Assembly (NCBI GenBank): GCA_016845065.1
Contig: JAERTG010000023.1
Span: 167,553 to 231,552, forward strand
Direction: 5' to 3'
Length of the DNA stretch: 64,000 nucleotides
DNA from: Fidelibacterota bacterium
GTDB lineage: Bacteria; Fidelibacterota; UBA8477; JABMPR01
Part shown: in pieces, positions 20,229 through 30,071 of the stretch
Numbering within the stretch: position 1 is the stretch's first letter
Layout of the letters: each line of letters begins with the position of its first letter
Notes under the pieces: model-generated
Seen by the model: the letters and a program-made list of their open reading frames with translations, nothing else
Database searches by the model: none
Told to the model about the DNA's origin: nothing
Program-made: the position numbers and the translations under genes

Positions 20229-23096
20229 CTATAACTCAACTTCCAAACCAATTTTTATTTCACGAGGGGTGGTAAACATACCTGGGTTCTTATAACCATC
20301 GTCTATGGTGTTAAAAGAACTTCGAAACCCTTCCCTATCAATGTCTTTTATAATACCTGAATATGCTCTTCCAGTAGCCCCATTGACATAAGCTGCATTA
20401 TATCGATCCAGCAAATTGTAAATGGATAGATTTAATTTCGCATTGATCCCGAACATCACGGGAAGTCTTAAGAATCCTGTAAAATCAACATGAAAACCTA
20501 GCGCTTTGTGACTGTTATTTGCAGGCAGCACAATATTTACAAGGTCACTACCATCAGGTGGTGAATATGTAAAGGTTGTTCCAGAATTAACATAGCCTGT
20601 AAAGAATGTCCCATAATGCCCAGCCGAGTATCCAGCAGATAAATTGAAGGTGTGCCTTTGGTCCCAACTCATGGTGATCATCTTCTTGACTTCATCAATG
20701 GAGCTACCTGCCCGATTAAAAGTCTGTTGGGCATTGTCTGCATTACCTTTTGTGTACTGAAGCGTATAATTTGCATTGGTGCGAAATCCACCCTTATTGA
20801 AGTCAAACTTGACTTCCAACCCGCGCACATTACCATAATCTTTGTTGGTATAAAGACCGTAACTCACCTGGTTATATGTTGTTACAACTGCGGCACTTAA
20901 CAGGTCATAAATATCTCTGTAATATAGATTGACTTCCAACCCCATTCCTTCGGCAAGCTCTTGCCAAAGCCCGATTTCGTAACTGACTGTCCTTTGGGCA
21001 TTCAAACCTAAGTTTTCGCCACCCAGGTTTCCATTCCCCATAGTCGTTCCAAAATCGCTGCCAACAAAAAATCCATCATTCTGGTAAATGTTTGAGTAAG
21101 CCGGCATCTGGAAAAAATGTCCGTAACTAAAGTGTAATACAGCTCTGTTTCCCAGCTGATACGCCAGACCAAAACGGGGACTTATTTGATAAATGGATTC
21201 TGAATCAAGATACTCAGACATCCTAGATTCGTCTAAAACCTTTACGCTGTCCTGGAGATCATCATCCCAAACTAGTTCAGGAACGCCGAGTGAATCAGTG
21301 ATATAATATGTTGAGGAATTGGATGGATTACGTCTCTGGGACGGATAAACCGTGTTGGCATCAAAAAAATCATATCGCAAACCGAGATTGATGACCATTT
21401 CATCAAACTCCATCTTATCCTGTATATAAAAGGATCCATCAATGGGTTGCTTTTGATAACTATCTGCATTCTCTGTATTAGATGCTGCAAATACGGGTTT
21501 GTAATTCCATTCGTTGACAGTACCAGCGTATAAATTTCTAATCAGGTGATAAGAGCTTGTAATATCATGCTCAGATATTTGAAATCCTGTTTTTAAGCTG
21601 TGTGCATTATTGACCTGCCAGGTCAAATCAAATTTAATGTTTCGGGTAATTGTTTCACGCTCTGTGTGGCCTTTATCTTGCCCACCATAGGCAAAACCGG
21701 GTCCATAGGATTGAGCATAAATGTCATGTATATAGTTATAGACCGTGTCGCCTTCGAAATACCAGAGCCCATTGATCTGACTAAATTCTTCTGCAATGGT
21801 ATAGGATTGAGGATCTTTAAAAAGGTAATTACCATAATAATTGGTGGATTGACTCAATTTAAGATCATAAAAAAATGAGTTGCTGAGCATGTGGTTTAGC
21901 TGGAATGCAATAAAATCCGAATTACCATAATTTTTATTTCTGCCATCAGGTTTGTATTTACTTCCGTGGTCATAACCTATCCATTCATCGTCATTTCTGT
22001 TGAACATGAGAGAGGAGCGAAGTTTTGGTGTTGGTCTAAAGGAAATTTTTGCCAGCAGGGATGAATGTTTACTTGAGCTCATTGAAACGAATGCACTGTC
22101 GCCAGAATGGTCATCGATCCACTCCAGAGAATCTGCAGATGAATAGTCACTCAAATCCCAAACGTTAAAACGTCGGATTCCATTTAAATGACCCGCTGTT
22201 GATTGCTCTCGATAATTAATAAAAAATCCAATCCTATCACCGAGGATTGGACCTGTGAGCATAAATTTATTGTCATAATTTGTGTTTAGCTTGTAATGAT
22301 CCTCCTCGTTATCTGTGAGTCCAAATGGCTTCAAACCCAAAAATATATCTTCTTCACCTTCATAGGTATTAGATGTGAAATAGGTGGCAATAGAGGAGGA
22401 TGCTGAGGCGTGAAATTCAGTGGTACCATTCTTGGTCACTGCATTCACAATACCACTCATGGCGTTGCCATATTCTGCATTAAAAGTACCTGTGATAACC
22501 TCTAAATCTTGTACAGCTTCCGTTTCAATGGTCACTGCAGCACTGTTTCCACCAAAGACTTCATCGACCTGTATACCATCAATCAAGTAACTGACTTCTC
22601 CGCTACGCCCCCCTCGAAAGTGTCCAGCAACGACTCCCGCTTGCATATCTACAACTGCACCAACACTTTCCACAGGAAGAACTGCTATATCATCTGCGGA
22701 AATATTCTTTACTGTACTAGTCTGATCACGCTTAGTCGAGATTTTACTGGCTGTAACAAATACAGTTGCACCTTCCAGCATGCTGCTATTGATGTCGGCA
22801 TCCAAATATGTTGTCCTATTTGTAGAAACTCGAACATCTTCAACAACGTAAATTTCATAGCCTATCATAGAGACTTTTACTGTATAGGAACCAGGTGTCA
22901 AATTGATGATATCATAATAACCATCTACGTCGGTAACCGCACCGACACCCGCTTCTTCAATAATTATATTAACTCCAACCATAAATTCTTTGGTTTCGGC
23001 ATCTCTAATTTTTCCAGCAATCTTGCCTGTAGTCTGTGCAAAAAGACTAGAAGCGATAATTGGGATGGCAATCAGGGTAGTAAGTATGTTTTTCAT
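20229..23096 (-). CDS. TonB-dependent receptor (non-SusC type) with N-terminal carboxypeptidase-regulatory-like domain
   Basis: TGKIAGKIRDAET N-domain, plug FRGGRSGEVSYLIDG and TGTFNAEYGNAMSGIVN, barrel motifs GLRYD and SPRFG; start at ATG 23096. Confidence 0.92.
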   Translation of the reverse strand: MKNILTTLIAIPIIASSLFAQTTGKIAGKIRDAETKEFMVGVNIIIEEAGVGAVTDVDGYYDIINLTPGSYTVKVSMIGYEIYVVEDVRVSTNRTTYLDADINSSMLEGATVFVTASKISTKRDQTSTVKNISADDIAVLPVESVGAVVDMQAGVVAGHFRGGRSGEVSYLIDGIQVDEVFGGNSAAVTIETEAVQDLEVITGTFNAEYGNAMSGIVNAVTKNGTTEFHASASSSIATYFTSNTYEGEEDIFLGLKPFGLTDNEEDHYKLNTNYDNKFMLTGPILGDRIGFFINYREQSTAGHLNGIRRFNVWDLSDYSSADSLEWIDDHSGDSAFVSMSSSKHSSLLAKISFRPTPKLRSSLMFNRNDDEWIGYDHGSKYKPDGRNKNYGNSDFIAFQLNHMLSNSFFYDLKLSQSTNYYGNYLFKDPQSYTIAEEFSQINGLWYFEGDTVYNYIHDIYAQSYGPGFAYGGQDKGHTERETITRNIKFDLTWQVNNAHSLKTGFQISEHDITSSYHLIRNLYAGTVNEWNYKPVFAASNTENADSYQKQPIDGSFYIQDKMEFDEMVINLGLRYDFFDANTVYPSQRRNPSNSSTYYITDSLGVPELVWDDDLQDSVKVLDESRMSEYLDSESIYQISPRFGLAYQLGNRAVLHFSYGHFFQMPAYSNIYQNDGFFVGSDFGTTMGNGNLGGENLGLNAQRTVSYEIGLWQELAEGMGLEVNLYYRDIYDLLSAAVVTTYNQVSYGLYTNKDYGNVRGLEVKFDFNKGGFRTNANYTLQYTKGNADNAQQTFNRAGSSIDEVKKMITMSWDQRHTFNLSAGYSAGHYGTFFTGYVNSGTTFTYSPPDGSDLVNIVLPANNSHKALGFHVDFTGFLRLPVMFGINAKLNLSIYNLLDRYNAAYVNGATGRAYSGIIKDIDREGFRSSFNTIDDGYKNPGMFTTPREIKIGLEVEL

Positions 23097-23142
23097 AGGA
23101 AACTTTATTTTTGGTAAATTCACTTTCAGCGAAATCAAAGAA

Positions 23143-23187
23143 GCAGCTAGCCCCGGCCACACTCACATGTTTCCGGGGCTAAACTGC
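23143..23187 (-). terminator. GC-rich stem-loop inside the operon (terminator/attenuator or mRNA stabiliser)
   Basis: Minus strand GCAGTTTAGCCCCGG...CCGGGGCTAGCTGC followed by TTCTTTGATTT. Confidence 0.55.
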
Positions 23188-23199
23188 AGTTATTTCACC

Positions 23200-26100
23200 C
23201 TATTTAAGCAGTGTAACCTTCATCACAGACGTACCAGAAGCACGTGATACTACAACAAAGTAGATACCTGTACCAACAGAATGTCCATATGAGTTTCTTC
23301 CGTGCCATACAACATTGTAATGGCCAGCTGCATGTCTTGAATCCACAAGAGATGTAACTTTCTGACCTAACATATTGAAGATATCAATTTTAACGTCTTC
23401 TACAGCGGGAAGCTGATATTGTATGTTTACATCGGGGTTGAAAGGATTTGGATATGTATGCATCAGGAACTCGGTAGGTAGAAGAAGTTCATCTTCAACT
23501 GCCACAGCATCACATGTTCCAAACACTGCACCATCCGCATCATATTCTGTCTCGTCACCAATGGGAGTGAGAAGTTGGCGTACATCTAAGGAGACACCTT
23601 CATCAAATACCGTACACTCCAGTCCTGTCATATCCTCAAAGGTTCCAGCTCCATAAGCGAACAAGTAGTTCACAGTATCTCGGGTGGTAAGCGTGATGGT
23701 TCCACTCCAGGTACCAGCTACAGAAGTTTCTGTAAATAGAACTGGATTTGAGAAATCCCACTCATTAGCTGAATGGATTACATATGGTGAATCAGAAGCA
23801 GGATTAAATCCTGACACTGCACTCATATCGACGCTGAATGTGACGTCTACATCATGAGCCGGTGCACATGGGAAACAAGAGTTGAAGCAGTAAGCTGGTA
23901 ATACCATGTCTTCTGTTGGTGTGACTTGTCTATCACCACGAGTATAGTCTGTCGTTGGCAGACCACAGCCACCATTTACTAGCTCCTCATTTTCTTCCCA
24001 ATCACCTTCCCATCCATTGATGGCCGGTGAATTTCTGAATTTCCATGTCACTTCCATATCTCTTGGAAGTTCAAGAGTGTATTCATAAATATCGTCACCA
24101 TCTGGGTCTAACAGTTGATACCCAGTCTGATTGTCGCCAGGTAATGTTCCACCTGCGATAAACACACCTTCATCATGGACAACTTCATCCTGCATATCCA
24201 CGCGGAAAGTCACGTTTACAAGATCTACAAAACCACAACTACCATCATCAGTACACTGAGCATAGCAGGTGTTAACAGTGGTATCATTCACACCAACCTG
24301 AATGTATCTGTCATTAAAGTTATCTGGATCAGCGCAATCCTGGCCTGCAATGTTTTCTTTACCTGACCAGTCGCCTGCATCACCATTCGTGAATGTATAA
24401 TGAGTGAATTGATTATTCATCAAGGTGTAAATCAATGTATAAACACCATCATCTGCAGTTACATCGCCATGAGTTCCATCATCGTACATGGGATTATCAC
24501 CAGGCACACCAAAAGTACCGCCACCGGCCAGGAACATCCCTGTCTCGGCAACTTCGATCATTTCAGTATTCACCATAAACGTGACATCGACTACATCCGT
24601 ATCGTAATAACAGCTACCATCATCTACTGTGGCGGTTGGATCGTAGTTAAGAGCTGTTGGATCCATACAACCGAAAACATCATCAGAGTATATGGCTTTC
24701 AGGTTATCAAACCAGACAGCTCCAGTCATAACATCACCGATTTCTGTGTTCCATGGTGGTGAGACCCATTCAAATCCAAACCCGACAATTTTGTCTAGAT
24801 CCAGGAGATCATTTCCTGCAATTCCAGCCCAACCAGTACGGACAAAACCGTTAGTATATTCTTGTCCACCAGCATTGGATTCTGTTTTTACAAGCGGAAT
24901 TCTGATCTCTGACCAACCTGAACCAGCATCATCATCCAGGAAGTAATCATCCTCGATAAAGGCATAGTAGAATTCGCAACTATCTTTACTCCATTTAGTT
25001 GGATCAGGTTGATCACTAGCATCAACCAGGGTAAATCGGAGTGCCATTGAAGAGTCAATGTTGGTTGGGATGTAGTTCTGAATCTGAAAACTGAGATAAT
25101 TATGACTTGAGATATCAAGATAATCATCAGTAATATGATTCACTGAAGAGAAACCACCATATTGATAATAGTGCTCTATTGTGTAATCAAACTGGCCTGC
25201 GCCAACACCATCTTGCGGCAATCCTGCGCTTGACACGAGTGTGGAAGTAATGGAGTTGACAAGTTCGGATTCAACTGGATAGTCAAACTGCCAGAATGCA
25301 TCTGCGCCAATGGCAATATCTTCAGCAGTTTCAAAACCATTTAATACAAGATCATCAGGCATGACCCATGGTTCGCCATGAAAATAGATATTATCTAAAT
25401 AGATATCACCATTACCATCAAATTTCAATTGGTGAATATCGGTTAGAACCATACCCAGATCAGTATAATGATCTAATCTGATATCTACACTCGTCCAACC
25501 AGTTGATCCAACGGGTAAGGCAAAAGCCTGTTCCCCACTTGAGATACTGATTAGAAAAAGATTCAATGCAGTAGAGTTATCTGACCAGAAATCAACATGC
25601 AAATATCCTTTTGCAGAAACATCGTGAGCAACGCCGCCATCAGTGCTACCAATATTAATTCCCTGATAATTGAGACCAGTATAAAGCATGGTGTTGTTAC
25701 CATCAATCTGTACTTCTGATTGTACAGTTGCTTGACCCCAACCAGGATTGAAGTTCGTCCCTGCTATATCAGTGTATGCATCACTGTATATTGAAATAAC
25801 ATCAGCTTCCAATTCAGTGGGTGTGGGTGCAGCAACAGCTGGACCTTCGAGTACTTCGTCACAACCTACACATTCCATCCAACAGATGGTGTCCATCACA
25901 ACATCATTGAACAAGGCAACGACGCCATATGTAACATCACTGGGATTATCGGGATGAGGGAATGCACATGCAGATCCAACAGCTGGTCTTCCTTCAGGAG
26001 ATCCCCAGCCACCACCTAATAAATATAGAAAACGGTGAGTTCCTGCAGCTACACTTGCAGTTGCTGAATAGATGCCATCATCATTATCATCAGTAAGTTC

Positions 26101-26628
26101 CAGATCCCAGCCTGTCCAACCACCGAAATCACCAGTTGCCCAAATATTTGAACCTTCAGGTACTGTTTCTTCATTCATATCTACTATAAATGTAACATCA
26201 TAGGTATCCTGACAAGGATCACAGGAATTCCAACATGTTGTATCAGCAACAACGTCAGCATCAACAACAGTAAAACCAAAAGTGGCATCACCTTCATCGA
26301 GTGCAGAATCGCAAATTGACTGATCAATTGGTCTTCCCTCTGGGCTTCCCCAGCCACCGCCTATTAGGTATAAGTAGCGGTAAGAGCCTGGAGCAACATC
26401 AGCTATCGTTCCGGAAAAGATACCATCAGCATCAGCATCCGTAAGCTCAGTTCCCCAACCACTCCAGCCATCGACTTCACCAGTAATCCAAATACTGGTT
26501 CCTTCGGGTACGCTAGCACGGGCTGCATCAACTGCAATTGTCACATTGTATGTCTGTGCGGTTAGTAACACAGGTAACAACAGTAGCATTGCAATTGCTA
26601 ATTTTGTTAAGTAACGCTTAGGTAGCAT
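23200..26628 (-). CDS. Multi-module non-catalytic secreted protein, putative glycan-binding, T9SS-type CTD
   Basis: RBS GGAGG before ATG 26628; five VTFxVDM-type Cys-rich modules, one module shared with 56023-58344, one CBM11-like module, YPNPFNP CTD; no GH motif recognised. Confidence 0.75.
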   Translation of the reverse strand: MLPKRYLTKLAIAMLLLLPVLLTAQTYNVTIAVDAARASVPEGTSIWITGEVDGWSGWGTELTDADADGIFSGTIADVAPGSYRYLYLIGGGWGSPEGRPIDQSICDSALDEGDATFGFTVVDADVVADTTCWNSCDPCQDTYDVTFIVDMNEETVPEGSNIWATGDFGGWTGWDLELTDDNDDGIYSATASVAAGTHRFLYLLGGGWGSPEGRPAVGSACAFPHPDNPSDVTYGVVALFNDVVMDTICWMECVGCDEVLEGPAVAAPTPTELEADVISIYSDAYTDIAGTNFNPGWGQATVQSEVQIDGNNTMLYTGLNYQGINIGSTDGGVAHDVSAKGYLHVDFWSDNSTALNLFLISISSGEQAFALPVGSTGWTSVDIRLDHYTDLGMVLTDIHQLKFDGNGDIYLDNIYFHGEPWVMPDDLVLNGFETAEDIAIGADAFWQFDYPVESELVNSITSTLVSSAGLPQDGVGAGQFDYTIEHYYQYGGFSSVNHITDDYLDISSHNYLSFQIQNYIPTNIDSSMALRFTLVDASDQPDPTKWSKDSCEFYYAFIEDDYFLDDDAGSGWSEIRIPLVKTESNAGGQEYTNGFVRTGWAGIAGNDLLDLDKIVGFGFEWVSPPWNTEIGDVMTGAVWFDNLKAIYSDDVFGCMDPTALNYDPTATVDDGSCYYDTDVVDVTFMVNTEMIEVAETGMFLAGGGTFGVPGDNPMYDDGTHGDVTADDGVYTLIYTLMNNQFTHYTFTNGDAGDWSGKENIAGQDCADPDNFNDRYIQVGVNDTTVNTCYAQCTDDGSCGFVDLVNVTFRVDMQDEVVHDEGVFIAGGTLPGDNQTGYQLLDPDGDDIYEYTLELPRDMEVTWKFRNSPAINGWEGDWEENEELVNGGCGLPTTDYTRGDRQVTPTEDMVLPAYCFNSCFPCAPAHDVDVTFSVDMSAVSGFNPASDSPYVIHSANEWDFSNPVLFTETSVAGTWSGTITLTTRDTVNYLFAYGAGTFEDMTGLECTVFDEGVSLDVRQLLTPIGDETEYDADGAVFGTCDAVAVEDELLLPTEFLMHTYPNPFNPDVNIQYQLPAVEDVKIDIFNMLGQKVTSLVDSRHAAGHYNVVWHGRNSYGHSVGTGIYFVVVSRASGTSVMKVTLLK

Positions 26629-26686
26629 TATGCTTCCTCCTTCTTTGGTTATGTGAATCATTATAATTCCTTCATTCCTAACATAT

Positions 26687-28294
26687 TCATGCAAATATTA
26701 CCCAGAGTACTAGAACAGTTAAAACCAGTACAATGGATGCTATCACATTAATTTTATTCCATCTAGAGTTCTGATTATCCATGCGTCGACTCATATCAGT
26801 CTGCATCTCAGAGGCCGTCGCAAAAGTAAGTCCGGAGATGCGTTGTCGATCTGGTATGGAAGTGAACAAACTAACTATCACCACGACGCCCACAGAAATA
26901 ACAAACAAGAATACAGCAAAATGTAAAAAGTTCATTGTGGCGAACCATTCAACACTCCCCATTGGTCTGCCTGATTTTGCCATTATCTCGAGAATGAATC
27001 GTGAGGCTCCTAAAACAGCGCCAACTCCAAGTGCAGATATCGCTCCCTGAGCATTTGCCCGACTCCAGAAAATACCAAGAATAAATACTGCAGCAATGGG
27101 AGGGCTGATGTAGGCTTGGACACTTTGGAGATAAACGAAGAGCTGGCCACTTAGCATTGTGATGAGTGGAACGGAGAGAACACCTAAAATGACCATCACT
27201 GTTGTTGCTAGGCGACCAACCAGAACCAGTTCAACTTCTGAGGAATTTGGTCTAAAGTTTTTATAAAAATCAATTGTAAATAAGGTTGAGGTACTATTAA
27301 AAACACTGGCTAGAGATGACATCAATGCCGCCAGTAGGCTGGCAATCACAATACCTTTGACTCCCGAGGGTAGCAAATAACTAGTGACCAGTGTCGGATA
27401 GGCTTCATCACCTGTAGTACCAAAAAGAGCGGCTGCAATTAAACCGGGGAGAACCAGTATAAATACCGGTAAAATTTTGAGGAAGCCCGCCAGGATGGCC
27501 CCTGAGCGGGCGTGGTTAATATTCTTTGCGCTCAGAACTCGCTGAACGATAAATTGATCCGTACACCAATACCAGATACCCAATATCGGCGCTCCGAAGA
27601 TGATTCCTGTCCAGGGGAAGTCTGGATGATCAAACGCCTTGAACATTTGGAAGTATTCTGGGGGTAGCTTGGCCTGAAGTCCAGTAAATCCTCCTACCTC
27701 ATTTAAGCCAAGGAGCGTCAAGGCAATTGCACCCCCAATAAGAATGAAAGCCTGGACAAGCTCCGTATAGATCACAGCGCTGAGACCGCCAGCAATGGTA
27801 TAAATCCCTGTGACAATAATAAGCACAATGGCTGAGGTCATCATGTCCCAACCTAGAATCTTATTGAGCAACAATCCGCCTGCAAAAAGAGTGACGGAGA
27901 TTTTTGTAATGACATAAGCAATGATGGATACTGAAGTGAGATACATGCGACTGGCTTTTCCGTATCGTTTTTCTAAGAATTCAGGCATGGTAAAAACACC
28001 TGATTTCAAATAGAACGGGACAAAAATCCATCCCAGGAAAAGCACCATAAAGGCAGCCAGCCATTCAAAATGACCCACAGCCAACCCACTACTTGAACCT
28101 GTTCCAGCTAACCCAATAAAATGTTCGCTTGAGATGTTAGAGGCAAAAAGGGAAGCACCAATCGCAAGCCAGCCAACATTTCGACCTGCCAGGAAATATT
28201 CCGTGCTATCATTGGTCCGACGGGAAAAGTAAATTCCGATTCCCACTACGAGGAGGAAGTACAGAATAATGACAGCGAAATCCAAACCGCTCAT
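26687..28294 (-). CDS. Sodium:solute symporter (SSS, SGLT-like sugar transporter)
   Basis: YFLAGR, ASLFASNISSEHFIGLAG, WYWCTDQFIVQRVLSAK, AALMSSLASVFNS. Confidence 0.95.
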   Translation of the reverse strand: MSGLDFAVIILYFLLVVGIGIYFSRRTNDSTEYFLAGRNVGWLAIGASLFASNISSEHFIGLAGTGSSSGLAVGHFEWLAAFMVLFLGWIFVPFYLKSGVFTMPEFLEKRYGKASRMYLTSVSIIAYVITKISVTLFAGGLLLNKILGWDMMTSAIVLIIVTGIYTIAGGLSAVIYTELVQAFILIGGAIALTLLGLNEVGGFTGLQAKLPPEYFQMFKAFDHPDFPWTGIIFGAPILGIWYWCTDQFIVQRVLSAKNINHARSGAILAGFLKILPVFILVLPGLIAAALFGTTGDEAYPTLVTSYLLPSGVKGIVIASLLAALMSSLASVFNSTSTLFTIDFYKNFRPNSSEVELVLVGRLATTVMVILGVLSVPLITMLSGQLFVYLQSVQAYISPPIAAVFILGIFWSRANAQGAISALGVGAVLGASRFILEIMAKSGRPMGSVEWFATMNFLHFAVFLFVISVGVVVIVSLFTSIPDRQRISGLTFATASEMQTDMSRRMDNQNSRWNKINVIASIVLVLTVLVLWVIFA

Positions 28295-28560
28295 TCAGTA
28301 CTCCAGGAAAAATTGATGATTTGTGCAATAAATCTCATTGGTTAATACTATATAAGTCAAATACCAGACCACTTTTAGCCATACCAATACAGAGCGAGAT
28401 AATCAGAAGAGAATATCGATTTTTAAGTCAGTTATTGTAGGATACGGAGGTGTTTGTATAACAAGAGTTTACAAATACAAATTCAGATAATATTCTGTAA
28501 ATTTTTGTCTTAAATTATTTTTTCTTCATGTAGAATTCGAAGGTCTGTAAATCAGGAGAG

Positions 28561-28603
28561 TCACTTATTATAGGAATAATAATATTATTATTATAATAAG
28601 TGA
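28561..28603. promoter_or_regulatory. 43-bp AT-rich near-perfect palindrome upstream of the SSS operon
   Basis: TCACTTATTAT-AGG-AATAATAAT/ATTATTATT-ATAATAAGTGA. Confidence 0.45.
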
Positions 28604-28622
28604 TATATGATAATGATCAGAT

Positions 28623-30068
28623 TTATTTAAGCCCAAGTTCCTTGCACATCCGATGAAAATTTGGTGGTGCGAGTCCCAGTTTTCCAGCAGCCTCTGTGTC
28701 AGTTCGGCTGTGCTGACGGACAAATTCAAAATACTGTCTGCGAAAGTTTTGTTCTACATCTTTTAGCGGTTTTATGCCCTCTGTGGAGAATACTGGATTT
28801 GTGATGCCATTAGTTGAATCTTGTGCTTGCACGTCCATGGCAAGTTCCACAATATCACGTGTTATGGCATCGCTACTCAGTATAACTAGTCTTTGTGTAA
28901 CATTCTTCAGCTGACGCACATTCCCTGGCCAATGGAATTGTTCTAAAAGGGACCAGGCACCATCTGTTATAACAGGTAAAACAATACTCAGATCCCGACA
29001 ATGATGACCAACAAAATAGTCAATTAGAATGCGGATATCTTCTTTGCGTTCCTTTAAGGCCGGTGCCTGGATATTGAGTATATTCAAACGGTAGTAAAGA
29101 TCTTCTCGAAAGAGATTATTCTTCATTCGTTCTTTTAAATTTTTATTTGTGGCAGCTATTACCCTCACATCAACACGATGACTCTTCTTCCGACCAATCT
29201 TATCCATTTCTCCTGTCTCAAGAACTCGCAGCAGTTTGGCCTGTGCTTGATATGGTAGTTCAGATATTTCATCCAGGAAAATGGTTCCATGATTTGCCTG
29301 TTCGAAGAGACCAGCCTTATCTTCTTTCGCTCCGGTGAATGCACCTTTAATAAATCCGAATAGTTCACTCTCGATTAGCTCATCAGGGATGGCGGCACAA
29401 TTAACAGTGACAAAATTTTCATATCGTCGGCTGCTTTGATAGTGGATGTTCCTGGCTATCAACTCCTTCCCTGTTCCAGATTCACCAATGATAAGCACAT
29501 TTGCGTGAGTCGCTGAATATTTGGTAATACGTTCGCGAACCTTCAGAATACTTTCTGAATCACCCAACATAGGTCGTTCCTGAATAATTCGAGCAATTTT
29601 ATTATCCAACCTGCTCTGTGAACGCATGCGCTCTTGCTCCAACTGCTTTTTTTCTGCTGCATTCATAATTGTCAAAATGAAGTCAGTGGGCTGGTAGATA
29701 AACTCCTCAATATCAGAAGGATATTTTGTACCAAACCAATAGGCACCACTCTCAATCAATTGATTGGCAAAATGCAAGTCGGTCTGATTGATTGTCATTT
29801 TTGTGATAACGATGATCTGGATAGTGGGATCAACTTTTTTCAAGCGTTTTATGAGTCGTTCTCCATATAACCCACCTGATATCTGGTAATCCAGAATGGC
29901 TACATCATACGGTCCCTTTTCCTCAAGCGTGTGAAGGGCATCTTCACCTGTGGAAACGATGTCCCGAATACTGATTCTCTCTCGGTAGGGTGCGATGGTA
30001 TTTTTAATGCGGCGAACGTCAAACTCTTCATCTTCAATGAGGAGTACTCTTATTTGATCCTGTTCCAT
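28623..30068 (-). CDS. Sigma54-dependent response regulator (REC-AAA+-HTH, NtrC family)
   Basis: REC (LLIEDE, ILDY), GESGTGKE, intact GAFTGA, IFLDEI, WPGNVRQL, Fis-like HTH. Confidence 0.95.
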   Translation of the reverse strand: MEQDQIRVLLIEDEEFDVRRIKNTIAPYRERISIRDIVSTGEDALHTLEEKGPYDVAILDYQISGGLYGERLIKRLKKVDPTIQIIVITKMTINQTDLHFANQLIESGAYWFGTKYPSDIEEFIYQPTDFILTIMNAAEKKQLEQERMRSQSRLDNKIARIIQERPMLGDSESILKVRERITKYSATHANVLIIGESGTGKELIARNIHYQSSRRYENFVTVNCAAIPDELIESELFGFIKGAFTGAKEDKAGLFEQANHGTIFLDEISELPYQAQAKLLRVLETGEMDKIGRKKSHRVDVRVIAATNKNLKERMKNNLFREDLYYRLNILNIQAPALKERKEDIRILIDYFVGHHCRDLSIVLPVITDGAWSLLEQFHWPGNVRQLKNVTQRLVILSSDAITRDIVELAMDVQAQDSTNGITNPVFSTEGIKPLKDVEQNFRRQYFEFVRQHSRTDTEAAGKLGLAPPNFHRMCKELGLK

Positions 30069-30071
30069 ATT

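Noticed and set aside
22509..23117. 202-aa plus-strand ORF and the many other short antisense ORFs
   Set aside because: Shadows of well-supported genes on the opposite strand with no motifs of their own
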